DNA from: an uncultured virus (IMG/VR IMGVR_UViG_3300009105_000005)
Lineage: Duplodnaviria; Heunggongvirae; Uroviricota; Caudoviricetes
Direction: 5' to 3' (one strand)
Length of the DNA: 64,000 nucleotides
IMG/VR virus record: IMGVR_UViG_3300009105_000005
Location: 1 to 64,000 of that record
Below, one piece after another: positions 58,195-64,000 of the stretch. Position 1 is the first letter of the stretch. The number at the start of each line of letters is the position of its first letter. The position numbers and the translations under genes were made by a program. The notes beneath the pieces were generated by a model that saw only the letters and a list, made by a program, of their open reading frames with translations, was not told the DNA's origin and made no database searches.

Positions 58195-58837
58195 CTTGTC
58201 GTTTTTTAATTGGTGCGGCCAGACTTCGGTTTTAAAAATAAAGTCATTCCTGCCGAACGTTCTGATTAATTCTGTCTGGATTTCTTTATATTCATCTTTG
58301 TATGGTCTACATTAATACTAACTTGGTCAAAATCATCTTCAAAAGCAGCACTATGGCTTTTAATATTGGCGGATCCCCAAATAGCCACGTTTACTTCATC
58401 ATGGCCGCACTTCGGGCATTTGATTTTGTCTGTCATGATTTCTCCAGTTTTGTTCCACAAAATGGGCAATATTCTATATCAGTAAGCACATAGCATCCAC
58501 CGCCGCAGCACCCATTAATATTCCAACCTTTGCAATATTCGAACCCACCAGCGTCCTCTTTGGTTTGCTTTTCGAATTTATCACAGCAATATGTCATACT
58601 TTAATCCTTAAAGATGGAAATGTCGGATTCACACCCTGGTTACTCACCCGTCACCACGTCCGGAGAATCGCTATCAGCGCCCGTTTTCCCCAACTACTGC
58701 TGATAGGGGTTGTGCTTTTTTCATACTCCGCCGACATTATATTTTTTAACTATGAAGTGGAAACGGGGACACCACGATGATCCCTGCAAGTCCGAGTCCG
58801 CCTATTTTAAAACCTTCTTTAACTTCGTTTTTCATAG

Positions 58838-59068
58838 TTAAGATTTCCTTTTCTTGTTTAATTGCTTGATAAAATGATTAATATCTGTAAGACAGCCAGT
58901 ATTAAGCACAATGTTAGGTTCAGTGAAAAAGCAATATTGCCGCCAGGGGCCGTACTATTTAACAACACCCAATAAAGCATGGCTTTTATTGTTGCGACAG
59001 TGCCAAACAGATGTTTTAGGTTTGTCTTCGACCCAAATAAAATAGATATATTTATATTCTTTTTACAT
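58838..59068 (-). pseudogene. Inactivated small phage gene
   Basis: M*KEYKY..KPKTSVW..LLGVVK*YGPWRQYCF..CLTDINHFI. TAA at codon 2 and TAG (58955-57) where Trp would be expected. Confidence 0.55.
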
Positions 59069-59085
59069 AATTAAACTTTACAATT

Positions 59086-59170
59086 TGGTGGGCAGGGTAG
59101 GAGTTGAACCTACACAGGTTGCCCGGCGGATTTACAGTCCGTTGTCTTCACCACATAGTCGAGCCTGCCC
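59086..59170 (-). tRNA. tRNA-Tyr(GTA)
   Basis: GGGCAGG/CCTGCCC acceptor, CGGA CTGTAAA TCCG anticodon arm, long variable arm, GGTTCAACTCC, CCA. Confidence 0.9.
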
Positions 59171-59173
59171 TTG

Positions 59174-59467
59174 CTATATTAACTGTTTTAGAGCCATGAG
59201 TAAGATTATAATACTGGCTGCTGTATCTGTAATTGCCGTGATTTTTGTATCTTTCAATGCTCTCATTATGACGTAGGCGATCAGGACTAATCCGTAAGCC
59301 TGAAAGCCTGGAATGAACAGCATGGCAATGGTAAAGATCCAGTAAATAAATCCACAGATCCAAAAGACCGGTCTGGTGGACGGAACTTTAAAGACATAAA
59401 ATCCAAACTGATCGAACTCATAGACCAGTGATAGGGCTGCCATTATTATACAAACGTCTCTAAGCAT
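59174..59467 (-). CDS. Small multi-pass membrane protein
   Basis: Three to four hydrophobic segments. Confidence 0.55.
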   Translation of the reverse strand: MLRDVCIIMAALSLVYEFDQFGFYVFKVPSTRPVFWICGFIYWIFTIAMLFIPGFQAYGLVLIAYVIMRALKDTKITAITDTAASIIILLMALKQLI

Positions 59468-59474
59468 GGTGCAG

Positions 59475-60356
59475 TTATCCTGATTTAGCGCCAGTGAAAT
59501 TCCATCCTTCGGACAAGCCGTTAAGCGTTAAATTATCAGGGCTACCGGTGAATTTTTTACCGAACAATTTCTTTTGTTCCTGAAATGTCAGCTTGGGGTT
59601 CGATTCGATATGCTTTGTAAACGGACAGTCCGTATTGAGCAGTACATCAACCGCATGGGAACAAGTAACGTCACGGTGAGGTTCACGGCCATTCATGCCG
59701 AGTACAGCGTAGCTTTCAGCTATTTGTTTGCCGGTATCGGCGCAGGGTTCGTCCAGTTCCGAACAGATAGCTACTCCACGGGAAGTTTTAAGAATGATGT
59801 GTCCGTTTTTTTGCACCTTTTTAAATAAGGTGCATGTCCAGATAACTTCTTCACCGAACAGATCGCCATCGACAGCGATAAAAGGCTGGAAGGTTTTGCG
59901 TTGTTCGATTACGGGCTCTTGGTTCATTTTTGCTTTACTCCTTTCTTCTTTGTTTGGATTGTATAAATCTACACGCCATCCCAACGGAAAGCGGTGTTCG
60001 TTGCCGAGTTCTTTGCAGCGGCTAAAAGTTTTGTCGCATTGAATTTGAGCGCCGCTGTATTGACAGATGTGGCCTTTAAATAAATAATGGCATCGTTTTT
60101 TATATATATCTGGTGTGGTTTTGAACTCACCGTATACATAGCTTTTTTGATTTCCCAATTTTCGGCACCGTATATAAGTTTTGTCACACCAAGATCCAGG
60201 GCCGGTATAACCGCAGGCATGGCCTTTGAATTTAAGAGGGCATCGTGATTGATCCATATTAATTTCCATTCTTTTTAAAATTTTACGTTGATAAGGAAGT
60301 AGGTAAAATTCCTGAGTGTCAGGGTTGTAGTGGTTGAAAAAATCTATGGCATCCAT
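59475..60356 (-). CDS. Hypothetical protein with two gpL-like 4-Cys motifs
   Basis: C..FKG..C.Y.G....CDKT..RC..LGN occurs twice. Confidence 0.6.
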   Translation of the reverse strand: MDAIDFFNHYNPDTQEFYLLPYQRKILKRMEINMDQSRCPLKFKGHACGYTGPGSWCDKTYIRCRKLGNQKSYVYGEFKTTPDIYKKRCHYLFKGHICQYSGAQIQCDKTFSRCKELGNEHRFPLGWRVDLYNPNKEERSKAKMNQEPVIEQRKTFQPFIAVDGDLFGEEVIWTCTLFKKVQKNGHIILKTSRGVAICSELDEPCADTGKQIAESYAVLGMNGREPHRDVTCSHAVDVLLNTDCPFTKHIESNPKLTFQEQKKLFGKKFTGSPDNLTLNGLSEGWNFTGAKSG

Positions 60357-61483
60357 TATTCATAATCCCTGATCGCTATGCCGACATTAAAGATCGGCAC
60401 TTTATCTTCACTGAGTTCCTGATACCGGATAGTCAGTTTTTCACCCAACAGTGAAATCATGTTACGCAAATACTTTGCGCGTAAGTCATGTCCGCCTCTT
60501 GGAACCGATGTGAACTCGTTGCCGAATTCGTCTTTCACGCGGAAAATAACGCATTCTGTTTCGGTGATAGAGCCATCGTCCTCCATCTTTTCAACGACTT
60601 CGACTTCATAGCCGATAATTGTGACCTCTTTATCGAAGAACTTTTTGAATTTCTGGAGCATGTGGCTGCGGGTATTAAAGAGATACATGCCGCCCTTCAT
60701 CCTGACCATTGCGCCCTCAAAACCATCTGCAAAAGATCTGTCGTGGAAAGCCATAAAATCATCATGGTTTTTGACGGTTTCATGTTTGACAATTTTGATG
60801 TGCGAGCTTTCCTGGGTTTCGTTTTCATTGATCCACAACCGTTCCTCGCTGGGAAGTGTCGGATCGGAAACATCAAACGACCAGAATTGAAGATCTTTGG
60901 TGTAAGGCCGGGGTTTGTTCATGGCCCTTCTTATTTTTTGCAATGTCCAGCCATGGACATAAAGCTCACCGTCACGCTTGCCGCCGATCGGCAGAAAGTC
61001 CAAAAAATGAGGCGTAAGATGCCCGACGCTTTGAAAAAAGTTACCTTCATTGGATTTATACAAAATGGTATTTATATCTTTTCGCAGTACGTCGCACCGG
61101 ACACCATTGAGCTTTATTTGAGCATCGGCCGGCCAGGACATACGATGTCCGGCATCTTTGTAGTCTTCGGCCTTCATGGGAAGCTGAACGTCGCTGATAC
61201 CGCTTGGGTCTTCGGTATAGCCTTTCTTTTTCTTTTTCGTCCACTTGGCTTTGGCTTCGAGGCATGCCTGTTCAAAGGGAGTTGTTGCGTTGGATTTGCC
61301 GATATTCTTACCGACCTTGATTGTTTTGGGATGCGTTTTAAGCTTACCGCCGACCAATCCGGTTTTGGTAAGGATCTGCCCATGACCGTTTACTGACGTA
61401 ACTCCAATATGATACACTTTGATTTTGCCGGTTTTAGGCGATTTCATATACAAAGGTTCTTGATGTACTCCTGCATTTTCCAT
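60356..61483 (-). CDS. ATP-dependent DNA ligase with N-terminal WGR-like domain
   Basis: KLNGVR, DGELY, FDV, EGAMVR and LQKFK. Confidence 0.92.
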   Translation of the reverse strand: MENAGVHQEPLYMKSPKTGKIKVYHIGVTSVNGHGQILTKTGLVGGKLKTHPKTIKVGKNIGKSNATTPFEQACLEAKAKWTKKKKKGYTEDPSGISDVQLPMKAEDYKDAGHRMSWPADAQIKLNGVRCDVLRKDINTILYKSNEGNFFQSVGHLTPHFLDFLPIGGKRDGELYVHGWTLQKIRRAMNKPRPYTKDLQFWSFDVSDPTLPSEERLWINENETQESSHIKIVKHETVKNHDDFMAFHDRSFADGFEGAMVRMKGGMYLFNTRSHMLQKFKKFFDKEVTIIGYEVEVVEKMEDDGSITETECVIFRVKDEFGNEFTSVPRGGHDLRAKYLRNMISLLGEKLTIRYQELSEDKVPIFNVGIAIRDYE

Positions 61484-61506
61484 AGATTTTCTCCTTGATT
61501 TAAAGT

Positions 61507-61962
61507 TTATACATGCCCGCCTTCGACAAGATCGTAATAGCCGTAAAAGGATATATCGCCATCAGAGTAAGAACCGTCCGGTTGTCGTTGGAGTTTAAAA
61601 CCGTCTGTGGTGATGACTTCATCCGGACTTCGTTCTGGAAGCTGAGCGATCTGTAGGGCGAGTTCAGCACGTTCGGCCAATTTGCTCTTTTTTCCATTCA
61701 GGCGGAACCATTGCGAATAAAGTCCATTGACTTCATCTTTTATTCCAAAGCAGTGATTTCCCGGCCATTCAAGCAAACAGCAGGATTTACCGCACAGAAA
61801 GCATGCGGCATGGGCTGTTTTAAGATCGTCCATCGGGTACTTACCGCCGTTATGTCTCCATTTAGGCCAGTCTGTTTTATCTTTGTCCGGATTTTCAGAA
61901 CACCAGAGCCAAAGCTCCCTGTGCAGGGAGATACGTTCTTCGTCTGACAGTTTAATTGTCAT
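61507..61962 (-). CDS. Cys/Trp-rich hypothetical protein (paralog 1)
   Basis: LSDEERISLHRELWLW..NP.K.K.DWP..CFLC..CLLEWP. Confidence 0.6.
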   Translation of the reverse strand: MTIKLSDEERISLHRELWLWCSENPDKDKTDWPKWRHNGGKYPMDDLKTAHAACFLCGKSCCLLEWPGNHCFGIKDEVNGLYSQWFRLNGKKSKLAERAELALQIAQLPERSPDEVITTDGFKLQRQPDGSYSDGDISFYGYYDLVEGGHV

Positions 61963-62302
61963 TGATATTCTCCTTTACCGGCAATTCGGCGATTTGACGG
62001 GCGCAGTTTATCCTGGTTTCGTCAGTTTCAGCATCGATCCATTGACTGAAAAGACCGCCATCAATGCATTTCTTAGTGCCATAATTATTTTCCGGCCATT
62101 CTAAAAGGCATAGATGGCACATGGGCATGCCGTCCATATGGATACACATAAAACAGTAATAAGGATGGAGATCTTCATATTCTCCGCCATTGAGTTTCCA
62201 GCCAGGCCAGTCTTCTTTTTCTTTCCAGGGATTATCAGCAAGCCAGTTCCACAATTGGCGGTGGGCTTTGATACGTTCCTGATCGGTTAGTTTTTCTGCC
62301 AT
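61952..62302 (-). CDS. Cys/Trp-rich hypothetical protein (paralog 2)
   Basis: LTDQERIKAHRQLWNW..NP.K.K.DWP..CFMC..CLLEWP. Confidence 0.6.
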   Translation of the reverse strand: MAEKLTDQERIKAHRQLWNWLADNPWKEKEDWPGWKLNGGEYEDLHPYYCFMCIHMDGMPMCHLCLLEWPENNYGTKKCIDGGLFSQWIDAETDETRINCARQIAELPVKENINDN

Positions 62303-63060
62303 TGCTTCAACATCCTTTCTAATTCTTCGTCCATTACCTTGCCGCGAATATTGATGGCATCGGCAAATTCTTGAAGATGAACAATACCGGATCGGTATTT
62401 GGTATCGGGTGGGAAATATTTTTCAACTTGAAGAATACTTTTATAAACGGACAATGTAAGACTATATTTATTGTAGTCTGAGCTTTGAAGGTGGGTGATC
62501 GGTTCAAGGCCGCGTTCCCACGGATTTTCCATGGTAAGGTTTTGATTTTGCTTCCAGTCCAGTACAATGATCCGTTTAGGTTCGGCCTTATCTCGTAAAA
62601 CAAGATCTATGAATCCGCACAGGCCGAGCGTGGCGGAGAATACGAACATTTCAACACCGAGAATCTCATAGTGCATCTTAAGGTGAGTAATAGAATTGTC
62701 CGTACATTTAAAGAGCCGTTCACACCGGTCGGAAATCGGTGATGGTTCGACTATTTGTTCTTCGGGAAATTCTTCGGAGAACTTGTAGCGAGCGTATTCG
62801 TGGACGTTGGTTCCTTCATTTCGGCTCCAATTGGCCTTGGCTTTCCATTGTTGCCGGATTTGCTCTGCGGTCATGTCTTTGTATTTCGGCTTGCCGACAC
62901 AATTTTGGGAAACGGCTTCGGTATCGAACTTCGGAAAGAAGCTGTTAACGAACTTGCCAACGCCTGCCAGAACTTGCCCTGTGGATTCGATAATGTATTT
63001 ATACTTGTCTTTATCAAAAATACAGACATCACCGTTTGGGTTTATTTTTTCCTTTTGCAT
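62287..63060 (-). CDS. PD-(D/E)xK exonuclease
   Basis: GTNVH, E..CGFIDLV..LDWK and Y..LSVY. Confidence 0.8.
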   Translation of the reverse strand: MQKEKINPNGDVCIFDKDKYKYIIESTGQVLAGVGKFVNSFFPKFDTEAVSQNCVGKPKYKDMTAEQIRQQWKAKANWSRNEGTNVHEYARYKFSEEFPEEQIVEPSPISDRCERLFKCTDNSITHLKMHYEILGVEMFVFSATLGLCGFIDLVLRDKAEPKRIIVLDWKQNQNLTMENPWERGLEPITHLQSSDYNKYSLTLSVYKSILQVEKYFPPDTKYRSGIVHLQEFADAINIRGKVMDEELERMLKQWQKN

Positions 63061-63151
63061 CGATTCGGGTTCCTTTCTTTGGCGGCTATCATTTTTCTCA
63101 TTCGCTGCTGGTCTGCCATTTTCCTTTCTGTTGGGGTCTGGATGTATTTTG

Positions 63152-63565
63152 TCATGCTGCGTACCTCTTTGTTCTATGGTTTATGTCAAGTATTGGGGTT
63201 GTTCTTAGCGGTTGGGTGAATTCAATAAGTTTTTTTCTTCTGGAGGGATGCCTGAGCCGATCCAAGGCGCCACGTTCATTGTCGATTATTTGCCGTACTC
63301 TTTCACGGCTGATCCCGCCCATGATATCGGCAATTTGTTGTAAAGTTTGCGGTCCTTTGTCGGCAACATCGAGCAAGCATGTTTCTCGCAATTTAGCGAT
63401 TCTTTTAATAATGGCATAGATGGGAGTTTGGGAGAGCCACTGTTCATTATGGAACAGCCATATAAGATGGTACTTACAGCCGATGAACGGACAGGGCCGT
63501 TCTTTATGATCTCCATGGAGACAGTCGTAGCGTATTACGGGTCTTAGCTTTTCAGGTTGTGCCAT
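63152..63565 (-). CDS. Sigma70 region-4-like HTH transcription factor
   Basis: RPCPFIGCKYHL..ETCLLDVA..TLQQIADIMGGISRERVRQI..ALDRLR. Confidence 0.8.
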   Translation of the reverse strand: MAQPEKLRPVIRYDCLHGDHKERPCPFIGCKYHLIWLFHNEQWLSQTPIYAIIKRIAKLRETCLLDVADKGPQTLQQIADIMGGISRERVRQIIDNERGALDRLRHPSRRKKLIEFTQPLRTTPILDINHRTKRYAA

Positions 63566-63740
63566 ATTTAGCCTTTAGTGTAATTTGTCTATGATGCTTG
63601 CTGCGGTTGCCAGTAGAATATAAAGACCGGCCAGGCCCATGCCGATTTTAAGCCCCAAGTCCAAAGCGGGTATCAGCCAGTCCAGATAGCTTTTGTCGAA
63701 GAATTCCAAATTTTCTTCAGTTTCAAATTCAAATTCCATT

Positions 63741-63935
63741 TTATTCAACCTCTTTTATGTCATCTAAAGTGATGCCTAATTCGCTGGCGATCCATTCAAG
63801 GTCGTCGCCGAGAACAACAACTTCTCCGCTCATTATGAAATTTTCGATATTGTCTGCATCGAGTTCTATGCTTGTTATTTTCAGGGCGTACCATTGGTCG
63901 GTCATTTTGACGAGTCTGTATATTTCCATTACCAA
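63741..63935 (-). CDS. Hypothetical protein
   Basis: ORF in operon. Confidence 0.45.
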   Translation of the reverse strand: MVMEIYRLVKMTDQWYALKITSIELDADNIENFIMSGEVVVLGDDLEWIASELGITLDDIKEVE

Positions 63936-64000
63936 TCCATTGTTCCTTCGACCATGCAGGCCATTCCGAACACAGCGCCTACGGCGATATCCATCAACTC

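Noticed and set aside
58838..59068. Stop-codon reassignment (TAG read-through)
   Set aside because: TAG ends normal genes (e.g. at 313), no suppressor tRNA is present, and the same ORF also has an early TAA. A pseudogene is simpler.
62287..63060. Cas4 acquiring spacers for the array
   Set aside because: Generic phage PD-(D/E)xK exonuclease without the four-Cys cluster pattern, and distant from the arrays.

Overview
A 64-kb segment of a large tailed dsDNA phage (siphovirus-like); no integrase or host genes are seen. 1-16 kb holds the minus-strand tail and head genes. 16-21 kb is a divergent plus-strand terminase-portal module, and TerL carries an atypical Gln-start intein. 21-25 kb is an AT-rich restriction-modification island. 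25-64 kb is mostly minus-strand accessory and replication genes (MoxR AAA/VWA, ParB, MTase, NADAR, SSB, UvrD helicase with intein, primase, ligase, nucleases) plus four tRNAs. The main result is an RNA-guided TIGR-Tas-like system. A nuclease-less IS110/Nop-fold protein (38700-39569) is followed directly by a 12-unit array of 36-nt period with two alternating 9-nt repeats and 9-nt spacers. The same repeat pattern recurs as a 5-unit array in frame inside the putative primase CDS and as a 2-unit array over its stop codon. Many reconstructed 18-nt targets resemble a Shine-Dalgarno plus start codon. Also noted: a large structured non-coding region (43.2-44.0 kb), paralogous small structured RNA candidates and a recurring 15-bp operator-like motif. 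All calls come from reading the sequence by eye; no searches were run.
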